Below the pieces are notes generated by a model. It did not search any database. It was not told the origin of the DNA and worked only from the letters and a program-made list of their open reading frames with translations. DNA of 64,000 bases from Euglena gracilis (taxonomy: Eukaryota), in the NCBI GenBank assembly GCA_039621445.1, contig CP154954.1, forward strand, positions 17,390,589-17,454,588, given 5' to 3'. Numbering within the stretch: the first letter of the stretch is position 1; each line of letters begins with the position of its first letter. Shown here one piece after another: positions 46,821-61,382 of this stretch. The position numbers were made by a program, and so were the translations under genes.

Positions 46821-47276
46821 CCCCCCCCCTTTATTTGACCCCCCCCCCTTAATTGAGCATTTGGGTCCGGGAAAAAAATTTTTCATGCGCCGAAGGCGCC
46901 GAAAATTTTTTTTTGCCCTATTTCTAAAGGAATTTTTGACCCCCCCCTTATTTGACCCCCCCCCCCTTATTTGAGCATTTGGGGGGTCCTTTGGCCCCTA
47001 CGGGTGCTCAAATAAAGGGGGGGGGGGGTGGTATCGTAACCGTTTGAAGGATTTCCAGCCGAATGGGCTGCACATACCCCCCCCCTTTATTTGAGCACAC
47101 CCACGGGCCAACGGACCCCCCAAATGCTCAAATAAGGGGGGGGGTCAAATAAGGGGGGTCAAAAATTCCTTTAGAAAGCGGGCAAAAAAAAATTTCGGCG
47201 CCTTCGGCGCATGAAAAAAAATTTTCCCCGGACCGAAATGCTCAATTAAGGGGGGGGGTCAAATAAAGGGGGGGGG
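46821..47276. mobile_element. Two inverted copies of a TA-flanked MITE (TTATTTGACCCC family)
   Basis: Copies 46821-47031 and 47077-47276 are each flanked by TA. Further members lie at 52127-52207 and 63533-63728. Confidence 0.75.
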
Positions 47277-47859
47277 TATGTGTGGCCGACAAGCTTCATG
47301 GCCATTGCTTAACACCTGTCCCACCCCACCCCCGGGGAGGGTGACTGACTGGTTTTTAAAGAGGGTGACTGACTGGCTTCCTGGCCAAGAGACCAAAAAT
47401 GAAAAGTGGCTGGCCTGGACATTTTTTGGACGCTTTGAGAACTTTTGGCTGAGAGGCTAGAGTGACTGACTGGTTTTTTCAGAGTGGAAAGTGACCCCCC
47501 CCCCCCCGGGGTCCCTAAGCAATGGTATGTTCACGGACCGGTAGTGCTATGACTCGGTCCCACTTTGATGACCTTGACACCCTCTTTGGTGCAGTTGCTT
47601 TACAGGGATATTACTGATGATTGTGTTGGGGAAAAGTCATTTCCAACAAAAAAGGAATTTTTTTTTGGAAAAAACAGTACAATACATTTTTTTCCCTTTT
47701 TGTGGTGCAAGGTCCCTGGCATCCTCGTGAAGTCTGTCCATGCCTCGACACGTCGTCGGTTTTTCAAATTTCTCAAGGCGCAAGGTCGCCCCCTGACCCT
47801 CCCCCCAAAGTGGGGGGGGGGGGGCGCCGGAACTCTTGCATGGTTTTTTTCCAAGAAAA

Positions 47860-48330
47860 GGACCTTGTCATTGTGGATGGACGCTTGTGAATGGTGGTGT
47901 GAGCATCTTTTGGTAATGAAAGAATTTGTAGCATCGGAAGTGCAGCGCAACCCTTGGACTGCCAAGAAGGAAGGCTAGGTTCCCCCTCTGTTGCATCGCA
48001 TTCACGAAGTCCTCACCACAAATGCTTTCATTTCTGTCAAGGCTGGATTGAAGTTTTCAAGAAAAGAGGAGGATTGAGGTTGAGGTTGAAGTGAGGTTGA
48101 AGTTTCAAAACTTCTCCCAACTTCAACCCGGGAAACACTTGCATTTTTATGACGTAAATGACTTTGTTCCTTCCTTAGAAATGGCTGATGGCACTGCCAA
48201 TCCACCGAAACGGATTTGTTTTGCCAAGGGCCACCAAGGAAAGAGGAATATGGATCTAGCACGTTACTTTGAGGCATATGGTGCTCCGTTGCGGGTGAGG
48301 TGCAAATTATGTTATCAAGCATGGTTTAAT
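47860..48330 (+). pseudogene. Possible hAT transposase fragments
   Basis: SLWMDACEWWCEH resembles the segment after the hAT TRW motif, and RYFEAYGAPLRVRCKLC resembles a BED finger start. Both are short and fragmented. Confidence 0.35.
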
Positions 48331-49687
48331 GAAGGGCTAAAAGTCTTGGAGGAAGTCCTCAAAATCCTCCGAAAAATGGCCAAAACTCGTCAAAATTTGT
48401 AAAATCTGTCAAATTCTGGTGAAATTGTAACAACGTTGCGGAAAAAACACCTGGGTGTCCTCATGGTGAGTCCGGAGGATGTCGAAAGAGGCCTACATTT
48501 GTGGACCTTAGTGTGCCAACGTCCTCGGAGGAAGAATGCTCCGAGGCTCGTTCCTTTTGGAACCTGCATTGACCGTCCGCTGACCCACTGAGCGATTCAT
48601 ATGTGATAACAAGGAAGTCGTTGCAAAGTTTACACTGCTTTCATCCTCCCTTGCATTTTACAATGAGGTTGGATTTTAGTGCTTCCATTTAGGTTTGCCA
48701 GGTTTGTCATTTGGGGCACTCAAATGGTTCATTCAAGGGCAACACACATGGAGAACACATCAAATACTCATCTTCCGGTGGGGCAGGATTTGGATTGAAG
48801 TTGGAAGAAGTTAGATTGAGGTTGAAGTGAGGTTGAAGTTTGAGAACTTCTCTCCACTTCAATCCAGCCCTGTTTCTGACCACACCCAAGCAGTGGTGTA
48901 GAAACATTTTTTGCTCGGGATGGGGGGGGGCCGAGATCCTAGGCCAGAAGCGAAGTCAGCGCCGGCCATAAACAGAAAAATTCCAAAAATAGCACTTTTT
49001 CAAAAATTTTCGGCGCCAATGGCGCCGAGTAGTATGTCCCACTCCCCCCTGTCACCAATGTTGTTTGGAGGCTAGGCACATTGGAGGGGGGGCTGAGGGG
49101 GGGGCAAGCGGCCGCACGGGGGGGAGGGGGGGGGGGAGGGGGGAGGTTAGGCAGGGGGGGGGGGGGGGCTGTGGACCCCCCCCGGTGAAGTTCACCGGGG
49201 GGGGGGGGGGGACTTTCGGCGGTGAAGTTCACCGGTGAAGTTCACCGTTTTGATGGTTGGGGGTGAAATTTTCATGGGTAAAATTTTGCTCCTTTCCTCT
49301 CAAAATGGTCATTTTGAGGTTGATGCTTCATGGAATTTTATCAAAATTTCCGAAAACTTGCCATTTTTGGCCAAAAAAGTACTCTCTTGGTGAACTTCAC
49401 CAGTGAAGTTCACCGATGGGTTAGGCAGAGGGGGGGGGGAGGGGGCCCGGGACACCCCGGTGAACTTTCAAACGGTGAACTTCACCATAGGGGGGGGAGG
49501 GGGGTCAAAATGACCAAAGTCTACTGCCTGATCTCCGGGGGTCCGAGGGCGGCCGCGCGGGCGGCGCACGACCCATTTTCGGGTCCAAAAAGTGGTCATT
49601 TTTAGCCATTTTTGGGCAATTTTTGCATTTTTTGGCTTAGCTAGGCACAGGGGGGGGAGGGGGGGGTCGAGGGGGATGCGATGAGCA

Positions 49688-49747
<60 letters not shown>

Positions 49748-49760
49748 GCGGGGCGGGGGG

Positions 49761-49803
<43 letters not shown>

Positions 49804-51224
49804 CCCGGACCCCCCCGAGCGGCGCGCCTAGCCTTCTTTGTATGTGCTGTTTTCTTTTTACCGCCCGAAGGGCGGCGAGACGGCAGCACTTTTTTTGAAA
49901 GAAAGCATTGAACGTAACAAAAAAAATGTGGCAATTTTTTGACATCATGCCAATTTGACATTTTGACACCATCACAATTTGAAAGCTTTCAAGCTGCCAA
50001 CGGGCAGCCTGACGGTGTTGCCTTTTGTGTTTTAAGATTTCAAACGAGTGCAAAATGCGAAAAAGAGCCCTCGGGGCTATTTTGTATGGAACAAAAAATA
50101 TATTGCCGTCCGAAGGGCGGCTGGACGGTAGTGCAATTTTCCAAGAACATTCCCCAAAAAGAGCCAAATTTGTCAACAGAAATGGTTTGCTCCTTTTAAA
50201 CATTAGAAGCCAAGTCAAGATACATGTGTTTCCTTTTTCCATTTAGAGGGCGGCGAGATGGGAGTGGATATATTCACAAACAACAACTTCAGATTGGAAA
50301 AAGGAAGACTTTTTTCCCCTCCGACCATGAGTTTTGGGCTTGTTTGGCCGCCCAAAGGGCGGCAAGACGGCAGCGATGTCCAAGGGAGTGCTACCCCCGT
50401 GACCCCCCCCCCCCCGTGACCCCCCCCCCGTGACCCGCCCGTGACCCGAGAATTGAGCCTTCGATTTTCATACAATGCATCAACCTTCATCACTTCAGCC
50501 TTTCTTTTCATTCATCATTTCAGCCTGCTTTTTGATGTCCAGGTGGCGTTTTTGGTTGCTTTTCATCAATTTTCTGGTTCAAACCACTGAAAGTTTGCCT
50601 TGAGATGGTCTAAAAATGGAAAGAAATGCCAAGATTTGAGGGGAAATTTTTTTCGACCCAAACACTGGCGCTTCTTTGCCATATGAATTTGACCCAAAAC
50701 ATTGGCAAAAGGGGAGATTGCGCAAGTAGGAAAGAATTTCATGGCAAAAAGGGAAAAAGGGGGGAGGGGAAACATGAAATTTCTGTGGAAGACCCCCCCA
50801 AAACAGAAAATAATTGTGTCGGCCGGGCCGAGGGACAATATGGGGGGGGACAATATGGGGGGGGGGGTAGGATGCGTGCCGCCCTTCTCATGATGGGATG
50901 CAACAACATGGATGCTACCTCCTGACCACCTCCAAAGTGGCATACTTCCCCCGTGCCCCCCCCCCCGTGACCCCCCCCCCCCGTGACCCCCCCCGTGACC
51001 CGCACCACCCCCCAGCAACAAAATCACCCAAAAGTTCAATGAAAAGTTGTGTTCTTAATCTGAAAGATTTTTTTCACAAAGTAAAAAAAAAATTTGGAAG
51101 GTAACTTTTTAGGGTTCCGAAAAATTTTTGAGGCAAAAAATCTTTAGGGGGGGGCAAAAAAATCTCGGGGGGGCGCCCCCCCTGCCCCCCAAGTTTCTAC
51201 TTCTACACCAATGCCCCCAAGCGC

Positions 51225-51809
51225 TTGCAAAGACCCTCAATATTCTTCAAAGTTCTTCGTTCAAGCTGGAACTGGACCGGAAGTTCGAGCTTGCTCCATC
51301 AGGACAGACCCCGTTTGTTTTTGATGGTGATGGATGTCCGGGTGCATTTTTTCCAACTTGCAAAGGAGAATGCCTCTCTTTCCCCACGGGTAGAAGAAAT
51401 TCTGTCGAAGTTTTTAGACGCCAAGAAATTGCGCGACATTTTTCGTTTGTCTGCCAAGAGAGCTTACAAACATTTTGACACAGTAATGTCAAAGGACCAA
51501 TCGGCAAAGGAGGTTCGTATTTTGTGCCCGGGTAATTTAACCGACTTTGAGCATGACATCTCTCAGTATGAAATGTTGCGTCTTCCGCTGGATGATGAAC
51601 AAATTCAGGATGAATGGCGTAAGTATTGCTGCATTGAGAAATCGCATATTGCTACACCTGATTGTGTTGCAACTTTTTGGGTGAACCGACCAGGTAAATT
51701 GGCAGAATATGCAGCTTTTCTGGTTTCTTTGCCAGTGACGTCGGCCGACCTACTTGCAGAACCATTTTGTTCCTTTGTCAAGAACATCCAGAAATGGAGC
51801 ATGGCATAG
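51225..51809 (+). pseudogene. hAT transposase C-terminal dimerisation region fragment
   Basis: DEWRKY...ATFWVNRPGKLAEYAAFLVSLPVTSAD matches the hATC pattern, but the expected ERxFS is lost. Confidence 0.65.
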
Positions 51810-52339
51810 CAAAACAGGTGAATCCAGACGTCCGCCGCGGTCAGACAAAACGGCATTCAATGTCACCATTGAACAGCATCATAGTGGACAGGCGACTAAT
51901 ATTGTCTGGCAAAGAATTCCGGAGTTTTGTATCAATGCACCCCAACAAACTGAAAGAACGCTCAACGTAATCTCCAAGTATGTGCAATTTTGTGCAATTT
52001 TGTGCAATTTTTTTTGCACAGCAATTTTGACCCCCCTATGTGCAATCCCCCCTGTTCTGTGTCCCCGCTGTGGTGTGAGGGTTGGTTTCCCAACCACCTC
52101 AGATGTTGCCCGCTCCGTTTCGTGTACCACCCCCCCTTTATTTGACCCCCCCCTTATTTGAGCATTTGGGGGGTCCTTTGGCGTGTGCTCAAATAAAGGG
52201 GGGGGAGTATCTCATGCAACGACACTTATCATTTTGTGTGCGCCGACCTCCGCCGTGCTCCCAAACGTCCCTGGAGATGCCCGGGATGTTTGTGATGCGG
52301 TGTGTCCGTAGTATGTCCCACGAGGTGTTTGCTATATCG

Positions 52340-53251
52340 AGAACTGTGTCCCAGACGCCGGTTCGGGCGGGAAACCTGTGCCTGGGACGCCGGTTCGGGC
52401 GGTAGCCGCCCGAACCGGCGTCTGGGACACAGTTTTTGAAACCGTGGCTAGGGGGCTCCGGTTTCATGCCCGAACCGGCGGCTAGGGAATCACGGCCAAT
52501 TTCGCCCAAAATACCCATGTTTGGGGCAGTTTGGGCAATTTTGGCCCAAATGGGCGGCCGGTCAAAAATGGCAGATTTCATACTTATGAAGGCATGTTAC
52601 CCATTAAGCGAAAGCTCTTTTAAAGGGCTTTCGACAGATGGCCACAGGATTCGGCCATAATGCACGCAGCGCTTATTTTCAGCGATCGTGTATTCCAAAA
52701 TTTGACATCCTAATTTGTCAAATCCCACTGCTCAGGTTGCGTATTGCATATCAAACGAAAGCTCTCGCCAACACCTTTCGCTTGGTACCCACAGAACTCA
52801 GCCAGATTGTAAAGCGCCCTCAAAATCAGCGATCGCATTTTTCCGCATTTTTCGGATCCCATTTGCATATCTGAAATTCCACTTTTCAGCTGCCATGTTG
52901 CCCATCGATCGAAAGCTCTTCTCAAGGGCTTTCAGCAGATGGCCTTAGATTTCTGCCATGCTGCGTGGTACTCTATTTCAGAAATTCTCCAAAATTGGCC
53001 AAAGGAAAATTGTTGCTCAAAAAACCCCAATTTTTGGCCCAAGACCACCCAAAAACTGCTATAATATGAATGCCACCTGTCTACAAACCCTTTTGGACAC
53101 TTTTTGGCACTTTTTATTTTGGGTCCCCCAGACGCCGTTTTCACGCCCGAACCGGCGTCTGGGACGCCGGTTCGGCGCAGAAATTTCGCACCCGAACCGG
53201 CGTCCCAGACGCCGGTTCGGGCATGAAACCGGAGCCCCCAGACACGGTTTC
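52340..53251. mobile_element. ~0.9-kb non-autonomous element with CCGAACCGGCG subterminal repeats
   Basis: Ends AACTGTGTC / GACACGGTT, with internal CGAAAGCTCT motifs. A diverged copy lies at ~56238-57145 and a partial copy at ~63860-64000. Confidence 0.7.
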
Positions 53252-53493
53252 AATCCGTTTGCATACGTCCTCCCCCATTCATCTCCCATTGTCGTTGGCG
53301 ACTCTTGGAGACACTCAACAATCATCTGGTGTGACTGCTCTTGTGATCTTTTTGTCCGTTTTACTCTGGGTAGTGAACACAGTTTTTTGGCAGATAAACG
53401 TGTTCAGTCCACGGGTACAATGTCAATAAACGTGTTCGGAGCACGATTTTTTGTGCAGGAAAACGTGTTCAGTCCACGTGTACAGTGTCAATA

Positions 53494-53662
53494 CCATGCC
53501 CCCCCATATGAGACCTCCCATGTAAGACCCGCCCCCTGGCCGGCCGAAGGCCGGCCCTTTGGCTGGGACCGACCCCCCCCCCATATAAGACCGCCCCCCC
53601 ATATAAGACCCCCCCTAGGATTTTGGCTCCCGAGGGGGGTCTTATGGGGGGGGGGGGCATGG
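53494..53662. mobile_element. Tc1/mariner-type MITE with a reconstructable empty site
   Basis: TIRs CCATG-C(n)-ATA / TAT-G(n)-CATGG with a TA TSD. Removal gives TGTCAATAAACGTGTTC, identical to the neighbouring repeat unit at ~53421-53437. Confidence 0.85.
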
Positions 53663-56237
53663 TAAACGTGTTCAGTCCACGTTTATCGTCGCTGTACACG
53701 TGCACTGAACATGGTTTTTCACGACGCTGTACATCGTGGACCGTGTTGGGCCCAGAAAATAGGTTTAATGGTTGCCAAATCACCCCTCAATTGAAAGTTC
53801 CTCGCATCAGACGACCAGCGATGACAAATGTATCTGGCCAAACTGTACAGAATGCTCATTCTGAACTTCCAGAAAATGAAATGGGGTATCCTAAGTTCAG
53901 CCAGTTGTGATCATCTGACCGCAAAATTTAACCCTTGTCTGGTCCAAAACGCTTCCTGAACCCCATAACCAAAAATGTCGAAAAAAAAAGTGGAAATCCA
54001 AAATGTCCAAAAAAATTCACCAAAAATTCTGAATCTGACCAGCAACATATTTCAATGGAATGGAAAGCGACTGCCCTAAACGGGCGCCTGAATGGAAATT
54101 GAACTGACTGACCTAAACAGGCGCCTGAATGGAAATCGACTGACCTAAATAAATTCAGCCTGAATTCCGTTTAAGTCAGTAGAAATTCAAGACAGGTGTC
54201 GGGCCCAGAAAATAGGTTTTAATGAAATTCCCCCTTTGTTTTTTTGATGTTTTTCAAACTGTTTTTTTTCCCCTTCAAAAAGCACGTTGTTTTTTTGAAA
54301 ACAAAAAAATGCTCACTGTGGCTACTATGGCTGACTCTGTCCCCCTGGACGATGGCCTTGTTCGTACCCCCCCCCCCTTTTCATTGCCCCCCCCCCTTAA
54401 TTAAGCATTTGGGTTTGGGAAGGAAAATGTTGCACATTTTTGGATCCCCCGCAATTGATATCACCCACATGTCTGCACAGATGTTTTTCTTCAAAAAATG
54501 TCTTCCGCTCCGCAGATGACCCACACAATCCAGGTTGCTAATCCTTTTTTGAATTTGAACGTTGAACTCAGGTGGGAACCAAGGGAGGTCAGGTGGGGGG
54601 TCCAGACCTGCCCTGGTGAAGTTCATCAATGAAAGTTCACTGGGGATTGGGGGGGCACCCTTGGTTGGTGAACTTCACCGGTTCACCATTTTGACTGTCC
54701 GGAGATATTTTTTGATGCCTGAGAATTTTTGCTGTTTTCCCGACATAAATTACCTTTTCTCAAAATTTCTGAAGAGTTGCAAAAATGACATTTTCCCCCA
54801 TTTTGGTCAAATTGCTTTGGTGGTGAACTTCACGGGTGAAGTTTGCCATTACATTGGGCAGAGGGGGGGGAGGGGGTCTAGTGAAGTTTCAAACGGTGAA
54901 GTCCACCATGAGGTTGGGGAGGGTCCAAAATGACCAAAGTCTGATCTCCAATGAATGCTGCTGGGGGGGACATGGGGGTCCATTTTTTGCCACAAAGGAA
55001 GTGGAAGGAGGGGTACACCCCAGAGATGGTGTGCATTCGCAATTTCATACCCAACCCAAAATTGTCTACCTCATGTCAAAATTGTTGCTTGTGACACAAA
55101 AAATGCCAAAAACAGGGGGAATTTTTTTTGCATTTTTGTGCATTTTTTTTTAATTTTTTTCCGGTGCATTTTTGCTTTTTGGCACATTTTTTTTGTGAGG
55201 TTCACAGTTTTTCGCATTTTTCAACCATTTTTTTGCAATTTTTGAATTTTTGAAACTGAGTTTTTCCTCATGCAATTATTGTGAATTTGGTGCCATTTTT
55301 GCATTGGGGGGGGCAATTATTTGCATTTGTGTGATTTTTGCGCATTTTCTCTCAAAAATTTCAGCATTTTTGTGCATTTTTTCCTTCAAAAAATGCCGCA
55401 TTTTTTGTGTATTTTTTGTGCTTCCCCTTTTCAACAAGAAATATATTTACACCTAGATCGTTTGTTTCGCAATCGTTCTTTTACGCTCAATCATGCCAGT
55501 CTTTTCATCATTGAGCAAAAATGCTGATTTTTTGTAAATTTTCTTGTATTCCGGGACACTCTTGGCAAATGTATTTGAAGGTGGGCAAAAATCCAGACGC
55601 CTTTGGCAGTTTATTTTTATCAAGTATGGGCAAATTTTTTGGGTGTAAGGTGTAATAATTTTTCAAAAGCAATCAAATCCTGGTGTGCTGTTTTTGCTGT
55701 TTTTATTTTTACAATTTTCTGACAGGTGCAATAGATGAAACCGAACATGTTTACTGTAAGTCAGTTTTTTAAATGGTTGGTGCCTTTTTCTGGTGCCTCC
55801 TGATTTGGGAGGTTTTTATGCCTATTTCACCAAAAAGGTGGAGTTTTTCAAAATCGTTTGAAGTCAAAGTTATTTTCCAAAAAAAAAACATGTTTTTGCT
55901 TCCCCCCCCCCATCTGGCAAGTTGGAAATTGGAGGGGGGGACCACCACTTTCTGTCTCGCACAGGGGAGGGTCCAAGAGCCAAAGGTTTCTTTTTACAAA
56001 TTTGGTGTTATTCACCATTCTTAATCCTTTTTATCTCCCGAAATGTATTCAGCTTTTTGAGAGTTTGACAACCTGCTTTTGATGTTGACGAATTTGAGGC
56101 TTTTGTGGATTATGTTGCAACTGATTTCAAGGATCCATCCATGCCTGTTGCATATGCTCAGATCTCTTCTTCAGATCTCTTATTGCAATCTTTTTCATGG
56201 TATCAACGCCAAATGACAAATAACGTTTTCTGATACG

Positions 56238-57145
56238 AAAACTGTGTCCAAAACGCCGGTTCGGGCGTGAAGCCGTGTTCCAGAACGCCGGTTCAGGCGG
56301 CAGCCCGAACCGGCGTTCTGGAACACGGCTTCACGCCCGAACCAGCGTTCTGGACACAGTTGTTGAAACCGTGGATTAGGGGCTCTGGCTTCACGCCCGA
56401 ACCGTCGTTCAAGGAATCACGGCCAATTTCGCCCTAAATACCCATTTTTCAAACATTTTGGAGCATTTTTGGGCTGGCTGACTGAAGTTTTCACAGGTCT
56501 GGTGCCATGTTACCCATCGATCGAAAGCTCTTCTCAAGGGTTTTTGACATTGATATGCTGTATGGCACCTGAGGTGTGGGATTTCACAAATTAAGATGTC
56601 AAAATTTCGAATACACGATCGCTGAAAACAAGCGCTGTGTGCATCTTGGCCGAATCCTGTGGCCATCTCGAAAGCTCTCCCCAAGACCTTTCTCTTGGTA
56701 CCCTCAGAACTCAGCTACACTACAGAGCACTCTGAAAATCGGCGATCGCATTTTCCGACCCTGTTTTCAAAGTCAAAATTCCTATGTTTCACCAGCTATG
56801 CTGCCCATCTATCGAAAGCTCTTCTCAAGGGCTTTCAGCAGATGGCCTTAGATTCCAGCTGTATTCTATTTCAAAAGAATTCCCCAAATTTGGCGAAATG
56901 GAAATTGTTGCACAAAATACCCCATATCTGGCCAAATACCCCCCCAAAACTGCCCAAATGTGATTGCCACATGTCTACTAACCATTTTGAACACTTTTTG
57001 GCACTTTTTATTTTCGGTCCCCTGGACGCCATCTTCCCGCCCGAACCGGCGTTCTGGACGCCGGTTCGGCGCAAAAAATTCTGCGCCGAACCGGCGTCCA
57101 GAACGCCGGTTCGGGCGTGAAGCCAGAGCCCCAATACACGGTTTC
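56238..57145. mobile_element. Second copy of the CCGAACCGGCG element
   Basis: Colinear, diverged homologue of 52340-53251. Confidence 0.7.
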
Positions 57146-58009
57146 AAGAGCTCTTTTGTGTTCAGCAGGAAATTATTCAAGATTTCGTCGCAAAGCACCG
57201 AAAGTCAAAAATGACGTTTTAAAGGGCTTTTTTTTGTGTATTTTGGCCTCAAAAATGAAGAAAAAGGTTGAAAAAATTCATAATTTGTGCTTTTGGGTTC
57301 TGCCTGTTCTTGGGTGCAAGCCTGGAATCCGGGTTGGCCCAGGGTTTTTTTTTTTAGTCTTGGACCCCCTCCCCCGGGGGGAGGGGGGGTAGGGTGGTCC
57401 CTCGGACCCCCCTCCCCCCCTGTGGGGGGGGGTAGGGTGGGGGCGAGTGGGTATATCTTTTTTCGGCGCCGAAGGCGCCGAAAATTTTTTAAAAGGTGCT
57501 ATTTTTAGCATTTTGTGCTAATTTCGGGCAAAAGTGGGTGGGTCCCCCCGGGACACCCCCTCCCCCGGGGGGCCCAACCCCAGGGGGGTGGGTGGATGGG
57601 TGGGTGCTGACCCCCCCCGGTCTTAAAAAAACACCTGGGAAGGCCCGCAGGCCCGAAGGACCCAGGAGTCACCCTGACTTCTCAAGCAAAGCCTTCTCCA
57701 GAAAAGAAACAGCCCACCAGGGTATTTCTCAAGGACCCCCATGGGCGCATCAGTCCATTGGCCGGCAGAAAAAGGTGCAGCAAACCCCCCAGGGCGGGTC
57801 CTGCGCCTGATCCCCACACAAATGCACAAATGCCCAAATTTCACTCATTTTTTCATAACACCCCATTTGGAACATTATCAAAGGAGGTGGGAAAATTACA
57901 CCAGCTTTGCAGTTCGTTGATTAGGGATGATTGGAAGGTCAAATTTTGCGCTGGATCAGTTTTAAACGGCAGCCCGAAACTACTGGGCCCCCCCCAGGGG
58001 ACGGGGTAT

Positions 58010-61000
58010 TCTCTCTCTCTCTCTCTCTCTCTCTTCTTGATTGGTATGGACGGGGGATTCTGGGTGTGGGTGGGAGTGGGGATGGGAGGTGATGGGGAGG
58101 GAGGTGGGGGGGTGCCGCAGAGGGGGGAGGCCTCGCACGGTTTTCACGCCCACCTCCAGCCGGTGCGGCCCGAACTGGAGGGCCGGAGATACCAGCTCCG
58201 GCAGGCCGGGGGTGGCACACCTGCGATGTCGCCGCCTCCGCGTCCGTGCTGGTCGTCGTCTCCTGCTGCTGCCGCTGCCGCCGCCGTCCGCCGCGACGAT
58301 GGCCTCGCAGGGGATCCCACGGGTTGGGATGAGAGGGGATCGGAGGGGGGCCGGCCCTTGCCTCCCTCTCTCTCTCTCTCTCTCCCCTCCGCGGTGGTCT
58401 CGATGTGGTTGGGGGCTCCGACTCCCCCCGACAGTGGCGTCGAGCTTGACATTTTTCCTGCAGCTTCTTCAGCTCCGCGCTCAGGGCGGAGATGGTGTCC
58501 GCCATTCTCTTGATCTCCTTATGCAGGGCAGCCCCTCGCCTGCTCTGCACCGGCGTCCATACGTCGCCTTCTTCTCTTCTGCCTCTTGCTTCATCACGGG
58601 GTTGGTTGCCCTGCGCACTCCCAGGGCGAGAGGGTCTTGTTGATCTCATGGCGCTTGAACTTTGTGATTCCCCAGGGCGGTGCCCACGGGTCGATTCCCT
58701 GTTGGGTCGCCAAGGGGCTTGGGGCCGGGGCAAATCCCGCTTCGCTTGCTCCCCTGCGGACGGGGTTGGCGGGGCACAGGCACCACGCTGCCTGCCACCC
58801 GCCCGGACTTGGCTCGGTCTCGCTCCGGGGACGTGGCTCCCAGAGGGTTGGTGGCCCTGGGGGGGCCGTGGGGGTGGCGCCTTGGACCGGGGTGGTCGGC
58901 CTCCCCGATCCTGGCACCTTCATGCCAGTCGTGCGTCTGGCGCTCGAGGTCCGCGGGGCGCTCGACGTTCTGGGCTGCTGCGGCTTCTTGCCATTCTTGG
59001 ATGATGCTCCGCCGCTGGGGGCCGCACGAGGCACCAGACCTGATTCTGCAGGTCCCGGTCCCATGATTCGTACATGGCTTCATGGTTGGGGTCCTCGTCC
59101 TGCTTGGTCGTGGGGTCTTCACTACGAAAAAGGGAGTGCGTTTACAGGAAGGGATGGGGATAAAGGAATAGAGGGCGGCGGGGAGGGGGTTAGGAATAAG
59201 GGCAGGGGGAGTTGTAGACTATTCTCTCTACGGATTTCTGTCATGTCCGGGTCCAGTGTATTCGTACATGGCTTGTCCGTCGTCCTGGCGTGTCGTGGGT
59301 CCTTCAGCACCGCCTTCCACTCTTCGTACTTGGCTCGCCACTCGGCAGGCCACTCACTGAACGAAGTGAACTTCCTCTTCTTCGTGGGGCCTTGGGAAGA
59401 GGTGTCGTCGTCGGTGGTGTTGCTGGGTGGCGGCGGGGAGCGGTGAGGAGGAGCCGGTTGGGGGCCTCGATGGCGAGAACGGGGAGACCTTGGAGGAGGG
59501 CCAAGGAAGACGAGGAGGAGGAGGGGCCGATGGTGAGTGTGTTGAGATGCACATTCTGCACGATGGAGGGGGCTTGTGGCGCGGAGGGAGGGAGGTAGAT
59601 GGGGATGGGGACCCGGACCTCCACGGGGACGGGGACGGGCATGGGGACCCGGACCTCCACGGGGACTTGCACGGGGACCGGGACGACCCGCTCGATGACC
59701 CGATCCACGAAGACAGGCTCCCGCACGGGAACGGGGACCTGCCTCTCGACGATGACGACCCGCTCCTGGAGGACCTCACGGGTGGGTGGGGGGAGGCATG
59801 GGGTTGGGGAGGCGGAGTCCGGGTTGGAGAGAGGGGGGCCTTGGGAGGCTGTGGGGGCCGTTGGGGCGCTGGGGGATTGGGAGGCGGTGCTTGGCTGCGC
59901 TGCAACCCCCTCGAGGGCGTCCGTCTCTGTCTCCATGGCCGTGGGCTGGCAACTCTCAGGCCCGCCCGGGCTCCCCGGGGGCGAGATCCTTGGCGGCGTC
60001 ACCCCCGGTTCACCGCCCAGCGTAAACCCCGCTCCGGTGTGGGCCAGCCTGTCGCTTGGGGCGTCCCCCCTCGGCTCTGAGGCCGGTCCTGGCAGCACGA
60101 TCACGGACCCGCCCGGGCTCCCTGGGGCTGAGATCCTTGGCGGCGTCACCCCCAGTTCACAGCCCGACGTAAACCCCGTCACGGTGTGGGCCAGTCCGTG
60201 GCTCGGGGCGTCCCCCTCGCTGTCCTCAGGCCCGCCCGGGCTCCCCGGGGGCGGGATCCTTGGCGGCGTCACCCCCGGTTCACTGCCCGGCGTAAACCCC
60301 GCCCCGGTGTGGGCCGGCCTGGTGCTGCGGCTGTTTGGGGCGTCCCCCTCCTCTTGACTGATTGGTAGAGGCTCGCCCGGGCTCGCCGGGGGCGGGATCC
60401 TTGGCGGCATCACCCCCGGGTCCTTGCCCTTGCTGCTCACCGATTGGGCGCACCTCACCTCTGGGGCGTCCCCCTCTCTGAGCCCTGGCCAGTGGACGGA
60501 TCGGGACGCTCCTCTCGGGGCCTGCTGCTTGCCGTGGCGCACGTGGGCCTCCCGGTCGATGATCATCACATCCACGTCGGAGGGCTGGGAGGCGGAGGGG
60601 GAAGGGGGCGGCGTCATCTCGGCCAGCAAGTCGTCGATGCCCCCGGGGAGGGGTGCGGGGTGGCCGAAGACGGAGAGAAAGTCGGCCTGGGAGGGGGCAT
60701 GGGCCTCATCGAGGGGGAGGGCTGTGGCCCATGGGGCTGGGGGAGCGCGGTGGGGGCTGGAGTGGAGCCACTTCCACACCTTGGAAAACCAGGTGCGGAG
60801 CTCACGGACGCGGATGTCGGTGGCATGCCAGCGCTGGAAGAGGAAGCGGCTCCACACCGACTGCACCAGGCGGCGAGAGTACCCCCGCCAGATGGCGTTG
60901 CGGAAGACGTTGGCCACTGACTGCTTGAAATCCCCCATGTGGCTGCAGGCCATCCGGGCGAACTCCAGGCGGCCCATGATGACCCCGCCCAGCTGCTCGG

Positions 61001-61382
61001 TGGGGGCGGTGGTGGTGGCTAGGGGGTAGCGAACAATGTGGTGGGGGTACTCCTCCTCCCGGTCGTGGACGGTGGTGTGCACCACGCGGTCCCCGTTGGA
61101 ATGGCATTGGATGTACACTCGGACGCCCAGGCACACCACGGACTCGCCGGAGCCGGTGGTCTTGTACTCCATGCCGTACTCGGCTGCCGAGGGGAGGGGC
61201 ATGGTGGTGGGGTGGACGATGTCGTCGATGTATCGGGACACGGCGGAGGACCGGAGCTGGGGAGGGAGGGCGTACATGTGGTCGCGCTCCACGGGGTAGC
61301 AGGCCAGGTTGGCCAGCTGCGGGGCCGGGGGGAGGCCCATGGGCATGCCCCGGATCTGGCGCCGGACCCTTCCGCCATTGCA
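58010..61382 (-). mobile_element. Penelope-like element copy D, 5'-truncated within RT
   Basis: Begins at CNGGRVRRQIRGMPMG, has YIDD at 61221-61232 and the full C-terminal extension, and ends in the pLTR plus (GA)n at ~58010-58035. Confidence 0.9.

Noticed and set aside
49688-49802. Poly-G run encoding poly-Pro or poly-Gly (also ~30615-30707)
   Set aside because: Likely a sequencing artefact. The 30.6-kb run replaces ordinary coding sequence that is present in copy B.
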